The translations under genes were made by a program, and so were the position numbers. Under the pieces are notes generated by a model. That model saw nothing but the letters and a program-made list of their open reading frames with translations, was not told the DNA's origin and searched no databases. Positions 20,630 through 32,094 of a stretch of 64,000 nucleotides of DNA are shown here, piece by piece. This DNA comes from an uncultured Gammaproteobacteria bacterium (lineage in GTDB: Bacteria; Patescibacteriota; Microgenomatia; Levybacterales; GWA1-39-11): positions 107,237 to 171,236 of the forward strand of contig CAZIAP010000002.1 in NCBI GenBank assembly GCA_964537315.1, given 5' to 3'. Every line of letters begins with the position of its first letter. Within the stretch, counting starts at the first letter, position 1.

Positions 20630-21919
20630 TCAAACTCCATCATTAATAATCCCTGCCACTTTTTCTCCTAGTTCTACAGCATAATTTGTGCCTCTATCCC
20701 AAGGATAAACTTGCTGCATGTTGGCGAGATAGACACCCTTAATAGGTGTTGTAAACTCAGGAATCATTTTAGAATAGTTTGCGGGTACTATTGGTTGTGC
20801 GAATGGTGCTCTGAAAACTTCATAATCTATCAAGTCTTTTTTATAATCGGGTTTAATTTTGCTAAGTAATGGGTGATATATTTCAAGAAGTTTTTCTTTT
20901 GGCGCAGAAAATTTCGGATCATCAACTGACATATAGTTGCCTATATACACCAGATGTTCGTTGTTATAATTTTTATTGTCCATAAAGTTTGTATGTTCAA
21001 CAATTACCATAACGTTTGAGTCTGTAGTGCATATACTTAGCCAATATGTACTATCCGTGAGAAACTGTTTTTTTAAACGTAAAACCATATTTGTCGCTCC
21101 CATCCCTTTCAGTTTAGCCAGTGATTCTATGTATGAGCTAGGTAATGTCGGAGAAAGTTTTATAAATTGAGGAGTAGGAAGCGTTACCAATATTTTATCG
21201 AATGACTCAGTATGTTTTTTGCCTGCATGAACATATTCCAAAGTAGGAAGACCGTCCTTAGAAGAAATTTCTGTAATTTCACTCTGATAATGTACTGTTC
21301 CTTTCGATTGAACAATAAGTTCGGATAAGTGCTGTGCAAACTTAAGAAATCCTCCTTCAGGATAAGCGAGGGATGTAGTTCTTTTTTTAATGCGTGCCCA
21401 AAACCAGACAAGTGAAATTTCATCAACAAATTTACCTAGTTTGTTGATAAGCTGAGGTCTCCATATAAGTCGATATGGTTTTTTTCCTATGAGAAGAGGT
21501 AGTGCCTTTGTAGTTTTTATTCCTTCTAGTAATTTCCAAAAAGGATTAAGACGAAACAAAACTGCAAATACTGCTGCCATTCTAAATCTTTCTAGAGGTG
21601 ATAGCAAAGGAAACGTTAAAAGCTTTGTTGGAGAATCCAGCTGGTAGTTCTTATTTTTAATATAAACAGATGTTTTTGGACGTTTAGTAAGTACTGGAAA
21701 ATTTGTTCTCTCTGCAAGCGAAAGTATTGAGTTGTCGTTGGTAAACCAGTGGTGGTAATGTTGTTCTAAAGTCCAGTTCCATTTAGCTTCTTTATAACCC
21801 AATGCAAGCCCTCCTGGTTGTTTGTCTTTTTCAACCAGTACAACAGTGTGCCCCATTTTTTGTAATTCAAGTGCTGCAGCAAGACCAGTAAATCCTGCAC
21901 CGACAATTCCGATTCTCAT
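20630..21919 (-). CDS. FAD-dependent oxidoreductase (protoporphyrinogen oxidase/amine oxidase-like)
   Basis: IVGAGFTGLAAA FAD-binding motif, PGGLA, HYHHWF, YPWDRGTNYAV. Confidence 0.85.
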   Translation of the reverse strand: MRIGIVGAGFTGLAAALELQKMGHTVVLVEKDKQPGGLALGYKEAKWNWTLEQHYHHWFTNDNSILSLAERTNFPVLTKRPKTSVYIKNKNYQLDSPTKLLTFPLLSPLERFRMAAVFAVLFRLNPFWKLLEGIKTTKALPLLIGKKPYRLIWRPQLINKLGKFVDEISLVWFWARIKKRTTSLAYPEGGFLKFAQHLSELIVQSKGTVHYQSEITEISSKDGLPTLEYVHAGKKHTESFDKILVTLPTPQFIKLSPTLPSSYIESLAKLKGMGATNMVLRLKKQFLTDSTYWLSICTTDSNVMVIVEHTNFMDNKNYNNEHLVYIGNYMSVDDPKFSAPKEKLLEIYHPLLSKIKPDYKKDLIDYEVFRAPFAQPIVPANYSKMIPEFTTPIKGVYLANMQQVYPWDRGTNYAVELGEKVAGIINDGV

Positions 21920-21922
21920 AAT

Positions 21923-23293
21923 TTATCCTAGGACAAAAAGCAGTGTAGTGCCTGCAATGATTAATATAACAGATGAAAATGTAATTAACAGAGTTGAAAC
22001 GCTTCCGGGAGGAGTTGGAGTGATTGTTATAACTGGGGGGACTGTAGGAGGTGGAGTATTTGTCACAGTAGGAATATTGGTTGGTGTTACCGTTGGGCTT
22101 GGTGGAATAGTTACGGTTATTGTAGGTGTTGTTGGAGTGGTTGGAGTTGGTGTGTTCTGCGGAGGTGTTGTAGTTGGGGTTAGTGTACCTGAAGGTGTTG
22201 CACTCTCACTTACTTGTGATCCAGCAGGGAAAATTGAAAATGTGCGAGTAATAGATCGGGTGACACCGAAGCTATCTTTTGCGTGCACTGTAAGAGTGTT
22301 TACCCCCTGAGGCAAATTTGTGTCGGGTCTATACTGCCATCTACCTGTTGAGTCAGCTGAGGTTTCTGCAATTATGTCAGAGGGTTGTAGGTCAAGGTTT
22401 ACTAGTGCATTTGGTACGGACGTTCCTCTAATAGTTAGACGTTCATCGATAGTACTCTGTCCCTCTGTGGGTGAAGTTATGGAAAGCGTAGACTGTATAG
22501 TGCTTGGAGTGGGTATAGAAAGAAGAGTATCACTGTCATCGTTTGATGAAGTAATTTGCAAGGATTGAGAGAAGTCATAATTTTGCGATAAGGTAAGTGG
22601 AGGAATAGCAAAGATGTTTTCATATAGTACAAATGCTTGGGAAGATAAGTCAGCACTGTATGACTTTAAAGTAAACTTGGAGTTGTTAGCAAGGGTAGGA
22701 TTACTTGTTAGTGTTTTTGATCTAAGAAAAGACAAGTTAAAAGAATACTCTCCAGCGCTATTTGTTAGAGTACTTAGTGGATGTGTCTCTTCACTTTCCA
22801 AAATTACTAATGAGTCAGATGCGGGTGTACCATCTGAAAGAATTATTTTTCCATGAGCGTATTGCGGAGCAAGAGGATCATCTTCAAAGGGGGGGGCTGT
22901 TGATATTGAATAAGTGTTTTCTGATTCTGGATATGTTTTACCATCAACTAAAATTACGTAATCGTACTCTGTTGAAGGACTGAGATTAGGAATGGATATG
23001 CGGTGAGTTGTTCTTTCATCTTGTGTTGGGTTCTGAAAAAAAACTGAAGGTGGTAAGTTCGGTCCTGTAATTCTAACTCCCGCTATTGCAGGTGATGAGG
23101 TCGTAAAAACCACTGTAAATGTTGTTGCTGAAATATCAGTTACTTGTATGTTTTGAGGTTCGGTTTCTTTGGAAGCTTGTCCTACTGTCTGTGTCCCTTG
23201 TAATAGAAAGTATCTGGTCAGCCAAATACTTCCTGCAATAAGTAACAGGGCAAATAAAGTTGGAATTCTAACGTCCCATATTGGTTTTTTCAT
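21923..23293 (-). CDS. Surface protein with N-terminal TM, FnIII/Ig-like domains, P/T-rich linker and C-terminal TM
   Basis: 'THRISIPNLSPSTEYDY' FnIII-like; 'ITSPTEG...GTSVPNA...ADSTGRW' Ig-like; TPT repeats; hydrophobic C-terminus. Confidence 0.75.
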   Translation of the reverse strand: MKKPIWDVRIPTLFALLLIAGSIWLTRYFLLQGTQTVGQASKETEPQNIQVTDISATTFTVVFTTSSPAIAGVRITGPNLPPSVFFQNPTQDERTTHRISIPNLSPSTEYDYVILVDGKTYPESENTYSISTAPPFEDDPLAPQYAHGKIILSDGTPASDSLVILESEETHPLSTLTNSAGEYSFNLSFLRSKTLTSNPTLANNSKFTLKSYSADLSSQAFVLYENIFAIPPLTLSQNYDFSQSLQITSSNDDSDTLLSIPTPSTIQSTLSITSPTEGQSTIDERLTIRGTSVPNALVNLDLQPSDIIAETSADSTGRWQYRPDTNLPQGVNTLTVHAKDSFGVTRSITRTFSIFPAGSQVSESATPSGTLTPTTTPPQNTPTPTTPTTPTITVTIPPSPTVTPTNIPTVTNTPPPTVPPVITITPTPPGSVSTLLITFSSVILIIAGTTLLFVLG

Positions 23294-23296
23294 ACA

Positions 23297-23701
23297 CTAC
23301 AAAGAGTTTTCTGAGTCAGGAATTTCTGTTGGACTCGGTAGGTTAGGTGTCTCTTCCGGTAATTCTTCTAGCTGTGTTTCTTCTTCTAAAGAAGTTTCAG
23401 GGTTGGTTTGTGTAATAGGGTTAAGATCTGCGCTTGAAGTCCCATCTTCTGTACTTTCAGGAAGCGGAAGATATTCTGCAGTCAAAGAAAGATCAACTGG
23501 AACATCTACTCTACTTTCTAGCTGATTAAGAGTTTCTCTATCAAATGTAGGTTCAATTGGTATTGAGTGTACATTTGTGTCTTCAGGGATAGTTGAGGTA
23601 GTTACGTTAAAATAAATAACTGCTGCTATCCAGGTAACTACTACAACAGACGTAAGTACAGCAAAATAAAATAAATTCTTTACAAGATTATTGTTTGGCA
23701 T
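23297..23701 (-). CDS. Single-TM hypothetical protein (in the position PilP usually occupies)
   Basis: N-terminal TM, acidic tail; overlaps the end of pilO. Confidence 0.55.
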   Translation of the reverse strand: MPNNNLVKNLFYFAVLTSVVVVTWIAAVIYFNVTTSTIPEDTNVHSIPIEPTFDRETLNQLESRVDVPVDLSLTAEYLPLPESTEDGTSSADLNPITQTNPETSLEEETQLEELPEETPNLPSPTEIPDSENSL

Positions 23702-24311
23702 AGAAAAATACCCTCCCCGTAATTGAGACTTCAGATCTACTTTCGTCAGCTCTCCCCGAAGTGATGGAGTCTATGCTGACGATTCTGTCAAAATTGATAA
23801 TATCTGAGATAAATGAATTGATACTTTCTGAATTACCTGCAAGTTTCATACTTATGGTGTACGAGTAAAGCGGAGGGTCTTTTTTAGCGCCTGGGAATAG
23901 TTCGACTGCGCCTGTATCAATTCCTGTAATGAATAAAGCATGGTTTTGTGCTAAAGTTTCTACTTTTCTTACGACTACCGGAATCTGCGCAGTAGCAGGA
24001 ATTGCTTCTTCTACCAAAGCGATCTGTGGTCCTAGTTGCGAGTATAAATTTGTGAGAACTTGTAAATTCTCAAGCTTTACCTTCAAGTTTTCATATACCA
24101 GTTGGTTATCTGCATACTGTTTCTTAAGAGTAGAGATAGTTGAGAGAGTTGGAAGTATGGCAAAAATACCGAAAAAAGACACTGTAAACAGGGTAAGAGT
24201 TATGTATATATATCCTACAAACTTTTCTTTTTCTTGAAGTTTTGATAACTCAGGATACTTCAATATATATACTTTATATAATTCTTTAAAGTTTAATTCT
24301 GGTTTTTTCAT
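23688..24311 (-). CDS. pilO: Type IV pilus alignment protein PilO-like
   Basis: TM 'FGIFAILPT', coiled coil, 'AIP', 'FISDIINFDRIVSIDSI' domain. Confidence 0.75.
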   Translation of the reverse strand: MKKPELNFKELYKVYILKYPELSKLQEKEKFVGYIYITLTLFTVSFFGIFAILPTLSTISTLKKQYADNQLVYENLKVKLENLQVLTNLYSQLGPQIALVEEAIPATAQIPVVVRKVETLAQNHALFITGIDTGAVELFPGAKKDPPLYSYTISMKLAGNSESINSFISDIINFDRIVSIDSITSGRADESRSEVSITGRVFFYAKQ

Positions 24312-24961
24312 AGTACTTCCTCAGTAGACTGCTGCTGACTTGTTTCGGTTTCTTCAGGAAGGTTTACAAGTGTGATTTGTAGTTTGAATAATACACCTGT
24401 ATCAGTACTTGTAATCTCATCAATACTTATACTTGTTATGTAAGGATGCGATTTTAGTTCATCAACAAAATTATTTATTGGAAAGATAGATGAAGATACT
24501 CCATTAAGTGAGATTATATTTTTATTTACGTTTAAGTTGTTTGTAGAAAAAACTCCTGTGTTGGCAGTATTCAAAATTTTATTCATTACTTCCACTTTAG
24601 CGTCAGTATCTTGCTTGATAGTCTTAATAGTAGCAAGCTTGTTCTGTATGGATCTAAATTCTTTTTCGCTGGCTTCTTGGTTTTTTATATATAGAACTTG
24701 TCTATCTATTTGATCATTAATATCTGCGATCTGTCTGTCTATTACGAATCTATAAAAAAGAGCAGAAAGCGCAACTAATTCGGTGAGAATTATTATGACT
24801 CTTCCAGCTTGAATTGCCCATTTATAAAAAACTGTACTTGTTGATTGTTTTGGTTTTCCTGAAAGGTTAATCGAAATTTGTTTTTTTTCACCTTTATCCT
24901 TATTACCTTGCGGTATTGAGTTGAGAGAGGCATTGTTTTGTACTCCTGAAGATGCAGGCAT
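24308..24961 (-). CDS. pilN: Type IV pilus alignment protein PilN-like
   Basis: 'INL' motif, 'WAIQAGR.IIILTE' TM, coiled coil, C-terminal PilN-like region; coupled to pilO. Confidence 0.7.
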   Translation of the reverse strand: MPASSGVQNNASLNSIPQGNKDKGEKKQISINLSGKPKQSTSTVFYKWAIQAGRVIIILTELVALSALFYRFVIDRQIADINDQIDRQVLYIKNQEASEKEFRSIQNKLATIKTIKQDTDAKVEVMNKILNTANTGVFSTNNLNVNKNIISLNGVSSSIFPINNFVDELKSHPYITSISIDEITSTDTGVLFKLQITLVNLPEETETSQQQSTEEVL

Positions 24962-24971
24962 AGTACTTATC

Positions 24972-25001
24972 AGTGTAGAGTATTTTTGAGCAGTTTGTCA
25001 A
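24972..25001 (-). promoter_or_regulatory. Sigma70 promoter for the pilN unit
   Basis: Minus strand TTGACA (25001-24996), 18 nt, TACACT (24977-24972), 10 nt before the ATG. Confidence 0.6.
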
Positions 25002-25025
25002 AGGTAAATGAGGGAGAAAAAACGG

Positions 25026-25304
25026 TTATTTTCCAGCCGTAGATGCTTTTGGTTTAGTAGTTTTTGCAGGTTTAATCAATTTCGCAATTTGAGACTTCAT
25101 CCGTGCAGCTTTGTTAGGGTGTAATAGGTTCTTTTTTGCAGCCTTGTCTACAACAGAATAAGCTTCCTGAAGAACTTTCAGGTCAGAAGAGCTTTTTTTA
25201 ACTTTTCGCATGGTATCACGAAGCGTCTTGCGAAACTCGTCGTTTTTGGTCTCTCGCATGCGATCTTTTCTTAATTTTTTTATAGCTGATTTAATAACTG
25301 GCAT
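25026..25304 (-). CDS. rpsT: 30S ribosomal protein S20
   Basis: MPVIKSAIKKLR...DKAAKKNLLHPNKAARMKS. Confidence 0.95.
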   Translation of the reverse strand: MPVIKSAIKKLRKDRMRETKNDEFRKTLRDTMRKVKKSSSDLKVLQEAYSVVDKAAKKNLLHPNKAARMKSQIAKLIKPAKTTKPKASTAGK

Positions 25305-25398
25305 AGGCGTATTCTACCATGATATACTTAGGAACACAAGAAAGGGGGTTTTTTGTGGCAAAAAACCGATATATTTTGTCATATTAAGATAGATATTT

Positions 25399-27045
25399 AT
25401 GGTAAAAGATCTTTTTTTAAGAGGTATAGATGCAATTACCTCGAAGCAAACTAGTATATTTTCTGCAGCCTTTTTTATCGTTTTAACCTCGGCAGTAGGA
25501 CAGTTCTTAGGGTATTTCAAGTATCGTTTGTTAGCAATGATTTATGGTCCTTCACCAGATCTTGGGGTTTACCTTGCGTCATTTAAAGTACCAGATTTTA
25601 TTTTTCAAGTATTTATTGCAAGTGCGCTAACTTCTGCATTTATTCCAATATTCACAGATTATTTAGATAAGGACGACAGAAAAAAAACAAATGAGTTTAT
25701 TTCTTCGCTTATGACCATCGGAGTAGGTTTTTACTTAGTGTTAGCAACAATGATTGCTATATTTGCCTATCCTATCTCTCAAAAAGTTGCGCCTGGATTT
25801 AGTCCTCGCGAATTAGAGTTAATGGTGAACCTCACAAGAATCATCCTGTTTTGTCAAGTTTTTTTTATTTTAGGGACGATGGCTACTGGAATGCTTCAGT
25901 CTCTACAGCATTTTCTTCTTGCTGGCATGGCGTCTGCTCTTTACAATGTGGGAATTATTATCGGCTTGATAATTTTTGCTTCAAAATACGGAATATATGG
26001 AGCTGTGATTGGAGTTTTTATAGGAGCATTTTTATTCTTTATCGTACAGGTACCGCTACTTATCCGTTCCGGTTATAGATTTATACCTAGGCTGATTGTA
26101 AGTAAAGGCGCAATTAGAGTTTTTCGTTTGATGGGACCACGTGCACTAACTGCATTGGTAGTACAGATGGTTTCACTGTCAAACCTATTCTTTATCTCGT
26201 TAATCTCTGCTCGTAGCATGGTGTTTTTTGAGTTCGCTAGTACCCTGATGTTAGTACCCGTTTTACTCTTCGGTCAATCAATAGCACAGGCAAGTTTTCC
26301 GTCTCTAGCAAAAAAATCTAAAAATCCAAAAGAGTTTCTGGATATCTTAGTTCCTTCATTTAACCAGATTCTTTTCTTCACTTTACCTATTAGCGCGCTA
26401 CTTATAATTTTGAGAATTCCAATTATTCGTTTGGCATTTGGAGTAGATAGGTTTGATTGGGAAGCAACAGTGCTCACTGGTATGACACTGGCTGCATTTG
26501 CCTTATCTATTGCTGCTCAGTCCCTCATTTATCTCTTAAGTCGAGCATTTTTTGCTATGAAAGACACAAAAACACCTTTTATAATTACGTCAATTTCTGT
26601 AGGAGTTAATATTGTACTTTCATACATTTTTATAGTTGTTCTACAGCGGGACGTACACTATTTAGCGCTCGCTTTTTCTATATCAAATATACTGGCTGCG
26701 GTGATTATGACTATAAATATGAACATACACATTGTTCTACCTAAATTTTCAATGAGTGTAAGCGTGGTTAAAACGCTTATTGCAACACTTATCATGGGCT
26801 TCTCTCTATATATTCCTATAAAGCTTCTTGATCAGCTTGTATTCGATACTACAAGGACTATTAATTTGATTATGCTAACAGGAATCTCATCATTTTTTGG
26901 GCTGCTTTCATTTCTCTTCTTTACTTGGCTACTTGAAATACGTGAGGCTTACTATATACTTGCAGTTGTGAAACGTTTTAGCAGCAGGACACCAATTTTG
27001 AGAAATATAAAGGAGATTATCGATGGACCAAAAATTAATACGTAA
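25399..27045 (+). CDS. murJ: Lipid II flippase MurJ
   Basis: ASFKVPD, SAFIP, QASFP, RAFFAMKDTKTP; about 14 TM. Confidence 0.9.
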   Translation: MVKDLFLRGIDAITSKQTSIFSAAFFIVLTSAVGQFLGYFKYRLLAMIYGPSPDLGVYLASFKVPDFIFQVFIASALTSAFIPIFTDYLDKDDRKKTNEFISSLMTIGVGFYLVLATMIAIFAYPISQKVAPGFSPRELELMVNLTRIILFCQVFFILGTMATGMLQSLQHFLLAGMASALYNVGIIIGLIIFASKYGIYGAVIGVFIGAFLFFIVQVPLLIRSGYRFIPRLIVSKGAIRVFRLMGPRALTALVVQMVSLSNLFFISLISARSMVFFEFASTLMLVPVLLFGQSIAQASFPSLAKKSKNPKEFLDILVPSFNQILFFTLPISALLIILRIPIIRLAFGVDRFDWEATVLTGMTLAAFALSIAAQSLIYLLSRAFFAMKDTKTPFIITSISVGVNIVLSYIFIVVLQRDVHYLALAFSISNILAAVIMTINMNIHIVLPKFSMSVSVVKTLIATLIMGFSLYIPIKLLDQLVFDTTRTINLIMLTGISSFFGLLSFLFFTWLLEIREAYYILAVVKRFSSRTPILRNIKEIIDGPKINT

Positions 27046-28783
27046 CTTTGCCATTATTGCACATGTCGATCATGGAAAATCTACACTTGCAGATCGTTTG
27101 CTCGAAATTACAGGAACTATACCTCGTGAGCAGCTACAAGAGCAGTTTTTAGATTCTAATCCTATCTCTCGTGAGCGAGGAATTACTATCAAACTTGCGC
27201 CAGTGAGAATGGAATATGAAATTTCAGATTCAGTCTACCAACTCAATTTGATAGACACTCCTGGACACGTGGACTTTTCTTATGAAGTCGTAAGGACAAT
27301 GAATGCATGCGAGGGAGCAATTCTACTTGTAGATGCGACTAAAGGTATACAAGCACAGACAATAGCAAACTTTAATTTTGCCAAAAGACTCAACTTAGTC
27401 ATAATTCCTGTGATCAATAAAATAGATCTTCCATCAGCAAATACAGAAAAAATTTTACAAGATATGCAAAGCTTAGGTTTCGAAGAAAGTGATGTATTAA
27501 AAATATCTGCTAAAACGGGGCAAGGAGTTGAAGAATTGTTAAATAAAGTTGTGGAAGTTGTTCCTCCTCCATCAGGAGAAAAGGAAACTAATACTCAGGC
27601 TCTAATTTTTGATTCTGTATACGACGAACATAAAGGTATTGTAATTTATGTTCGTCTGATGAACGGCTCTATTAAAAAAGGAGATGAAATTACTTTTCTT
27701 TCAGACAAGTCTTCTGCAATTGTGCTTGATGTGGGATATATGAAGCCGACCTATGTTTCTACAGAATCACTTGATAATGGAGAAGTGGGATATGTGGTTA
27801 CAAATATAAAAGATATTACACAAGCAAAGGTGGGAGACACAATTACTTTACGCGGACAAAATCCTCCTATGTTGCCAGGTTATAAACCATTAAAGCCTTT
27901 TGTTTTTTTGAGCATTTATCCCTCTACAAATGCTGAGTTTCAAAACCTGAGAAAAGCACTTCACACACTCAAACTTACCGATGCCTCATTAGTCTTTACA
28001 TCTGAGCATTCATCAATTTTTGGGCCAGGATTTAGATGTGGTTTTCTTGGCTTGCTTCATGCACAGATTATCACAGAGCGGCTTGAGCGTGAATTTGGTT
28101 TAGATGTGTTTACTGCACCGCCAAGTATTGAATATCTTGTGGATGGGGAGAAAATATCAAATCCAAAAGACTTTGATATCTCCAAGAAAGATATTCAAGA
28201 GCCTTATATGTTAGCCGAAATTTATACTCCTCAAGAGTACCTAGGAGCAGTTTTGGAGCTTATTTATGCACGACGGGGTGAGCAGCAGGATATTGCTTAT
28301 TACTCTTCTCAGGTTAGGGTTACTTTTGTAATGCCATTGTCAAATGTTATCTATGATTTCTTCGATAAGGTAAAGTCTGTTTCTTCAGGCTTTGCCTCAT
28401 TCGATTATGAGTTTCTGGAGTACAGACCTTCTGATCTAGTAAAGGTTGATATTTCTGTCAATGAACAAGTAATCCCTGAGCTATCATTTATTGTACATAG
28501 AACAGAGAGCGACTATTTTTCCCGTAGAATAGTTGAACTGCTTGCAAAAGAGATTCCAAAACATCAGTTTGTTATTGCAGTTCGTGCAAATATCGGATCA
28601 AGAGTAATTGCGAGCGAGAAAATCTCGGCGCTTTCAAAAAATGTTACTGCCAAGCTATATGGTGGAGATGTAACTAGAAAAAATAAACTACTTGATAAAC
28701 AAAAAGAAGGAAAGAAGAAAATGAAAACAATTGGTCGTGTAAGTGTTCCTAAGGAAGCTTTCCTCTCGGTCTTAAAAGTTTAA
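27023..28783 (+). CDS. lepA: Elongation factor 4 (LepA)
   Basis: IRNFAIIAHVDHGKSTLADR, DTPGHVDF, GFRCGFLGLLH, KLYGGDVTRK. Confidence 0.97.
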   Translation: MDQKLIRNFAIIAHVDHGKSTLADRLLEITGTIPREQLQEQFLDSNPISRERGITIKLAPVRMEYEISDSVYQLNLIDTPGHVDFSYEVVRTMNACEGAILLVDATKGIQAQTIANFNFAKRLNLVIIPVINKIDLPSANTEKILQDMQSLGFEESDVLKISAKTGQGVEELLNKVVEVVPPPSGEKETNTQALIFDSVYDEHKGIVIYVRLMNGSIKKGDEITFLSDKSSAIVLDVGYMKPTYVSTESLDNGEVGYVVTNIKDITQAKVGDTITLRGQNPPMLPGYKPLKPFVFLSIYPSTNAEFQNLRKALHTLKLTDASLVFTSEHSSIFGPGFRCGFLGLLHAQIITERLEREFGLDVFTAPPSIEYLVDGEKISNPKDFDISKKDIQEPYMLAEIYTPQEYLGAVLELIYARRGEQQDIAYYSSQVRVTFVMPLSNVIYDFFDKVKSVSSGFASFDYEFLEYRPSDLVKVDISVNEQVIPELSFIVHRTESDYFSRRIVELLAKEIPKHQFVIAVRANIGSRVIASEKISALSKNVTAKLYGGDVTRKNKLLDKQKEGKKKMKTIGRVSVPKEAFLSVLKV

Positions 28784-28787
28784 CTCG

Positions 28788-29909
28788 TTACAGTAAGAAT
28801 AAAAGTAATCCTCCGATTACAGTTATAACAACTGCCCCTCCTACTCCCAGCATAGTACCTATTGACCCTGGAGGTGCAATAGTGGGAATAGGGGCTTCAG
28901 TAGGAGCAATAGGTGTTTGTGCAGATGGAGTTGAATTGCCTGTATTCGCACTTACTATTACTGTCTGCGTACAAGCTGTACTGGAATCACCGTCATTATC
29001 AGTGAAAACAACCGATAAATTATAAGTGTTAGCAGTTGTATATGTATGACTTTGTTGAATGTTGGCAGACGGTGAACCTAAGCCTTCTGTAACATCAATA
29101 ACCTGTCCATCCCCAAAGTTAAATGTAGCTTTTACTACTTGTCCGTCAGTATCATTGCCTTGAGCGGTGAGTTGAGTTATAAGAGGTGCTGCTCCACTAG
29201 CAGGTATTATCTGAAGGCTTGAACAGACAGGTAACTTATTAGGAGATTTGGTTGGAGTAGGGTTTGAAGTAGGCGAAGCTGGTGGAGAAGCTGAGATTGT
29301 AGGACGACTTGTAGGTGTAGGGCTCGTTGTTCCTCCTGCAAGTATTGTTATAGAAGTTGGCGCTGCATTTACGAGCACATTTTCACCTGGACCATCATTA
29401 GTAGATATTGATAGAACTTGAGTAGATCCTGGGAAATCAAAAGAAATCTCCGTTGGAGTATCTGTTACCTCTAAAGCTTCGAGTTCGATAGTAGCAACTT
29501 TAAATGGTTGAGTAATGTCACCAGAAGGATCATAACCTGTATCTATAATCTTATTTATTCCGAACTCTACACTGGCAGTATTTTCAGTAATATCTGGCCC
29601 TGATAAAGTCGTAGATATATTCTGTGGATCAGGAGTAATCTGAGTTATTATAATTTTACTCGGATCAAACTGTAGTGAAAATTTAATAAAGGATGGGATA
29701 TTTTGACCGGGATCGAGCATTACGTCTACAGTAAACGACTCTCCTACAGCAACAGAGGGCTTTGAGGATACTAATGTAAGGTTGCTCGAAGGTGCTGCAC
29801 TACTTCTTAGGTCTTGTTGTTGCTTCACAAAATAAAGAGTTAAAGGTATAGTTACTAAAAGAAGCGCCAAAACTCCTATCAAAAAAAACTGTTTACTGGT
29901 GAATTTCAT
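28788..29909 (-). CDS. Surface protein with cohesin-like and PKD domains, N- and C-terminal TM
   Basis: 'VGESFTVDV...LQFDPSKI...VATI' cohesin-like; 'SGAAPL...FNFGDG...SHTY' PKD; P/T linkers. Confidence 0.75.
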   Translation of the reverse strand: MKFTSKQFFLIGVLALLLVTIPLTLYFVKQQQDLRSSAAPSSNLTLVSSKPSVAVGESFTVDVMLDPGQNIPSFIKFSLQFDPSKIIITQITPDPQNISTTLSGPDITENTASVEFGINKIIDTGYDPSGDITQPFKVATIELEALEVTDTPTEISFDFPGSTQVLSISTNDGPGENVLVNAAPTSITILAGGTTSPTPTSRPTISASPPASPTSNPTPTKSPNKLPVCSSLQIIPASGAAPLITQLTAQGNDTDGQVVKATFNFGDGQVIDVTEGLGSPSANIQQSHTYTTANTYNLSVVFTDNDGDSSTACTQTVIVSANTGNSTPSAQTPIAPTEAPIPTIAPPGSIGTMLGVGGAVVITVIGGLLLFLL

Positions 29910-30006
29910 ACAAAAGTCTTGCTGATATTAGCGTAGTGGAAATGATAAGTGAAGTCAATAATGTAAGAAATCAGTAAAATGTCCTTGGTTTGAGACTGTA
30001 AAGGTC

Positions 30007-30061
30007 TTGACAATACAACGTTTTCTATTGTATATTAGCAGTCATATAGATTAAATGACAA
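30007..30061 (+). promoter_or_regulatory. groES promoter with overlapping degenerate CIRCE-like element
   Basis: TTGACA 30007-30012, TATATT 30031-30036; TTAGCAGTC-N9-AAATGACAA at 30035-30061 versus consensus TTAGCACTC-N9-GAGTGCTAA. Confidence 0.55.
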
Positions 30062-30070
30062 AAAAGAGTT

Positions 30071-30376
30071 ATGGCAAAATCTACAAAAACAATGACCCCA
30101 CTTTTCGGAAATGTTTTAATCAAACCACTAGAAGCAGAAGAAAAAACTGCAGGTGGTATATATTTACCTGACACAGCAAAAGAGAAGCCTCAGGTCGGTG
30201 AAGTTATGGCAGTTGGAAAAGGATCATGGGATGAGGATGGAGAAAAAAGGATTCCTATGGAAGTATCCGTTGGTCAAAAGGTTATGTATAAAAAATGGGG
30301 TGGAAATGAGGTAAAAGTAGGTAATGAAGAGTGGACAATCGTAGATCAGAAAGATATATTGGCAATAGTAAGTTAG
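30071..30376 (+). CDS. groES: Co-chaperonin GroES
   Basis: KTAGGIYLPDTAKEKPQ, GEVMAVG, DILAI. Confidence 0.97.
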   Translation: MAKSTKTMTPLFGNVLIKPLEAEEKTAGGIYLPDTAKEKPQVGEVMAVGKGSWDEDGEKRIPMEVSVGQKVMYKKWGGNEVKVGNEEWTIVDQKDILAIVS

Positions 30377-30435
30377 AAATATAGAAATAAAATGATAAGT
30401 CTTTTACTTATCATTATTTACTTTAATTTTTATAG

Positions 30436-32094
<1,659 letters not shown>

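Noticed and set aside
20630-21919. Call as hemY/hemG or dprE1
   Set aside because: No heme pathway context, and the motifs are Rossmann-type GxGxxG rather than the DprE1 vanillyl-alcohol oxidase fold
30385-30420. AATGATA...TATCATT inverted repeat between groES and groEL as a terminator
   Set aside because: AT-only stem inside a normally co-transcribed pair; at most an mRNA stability hairpin
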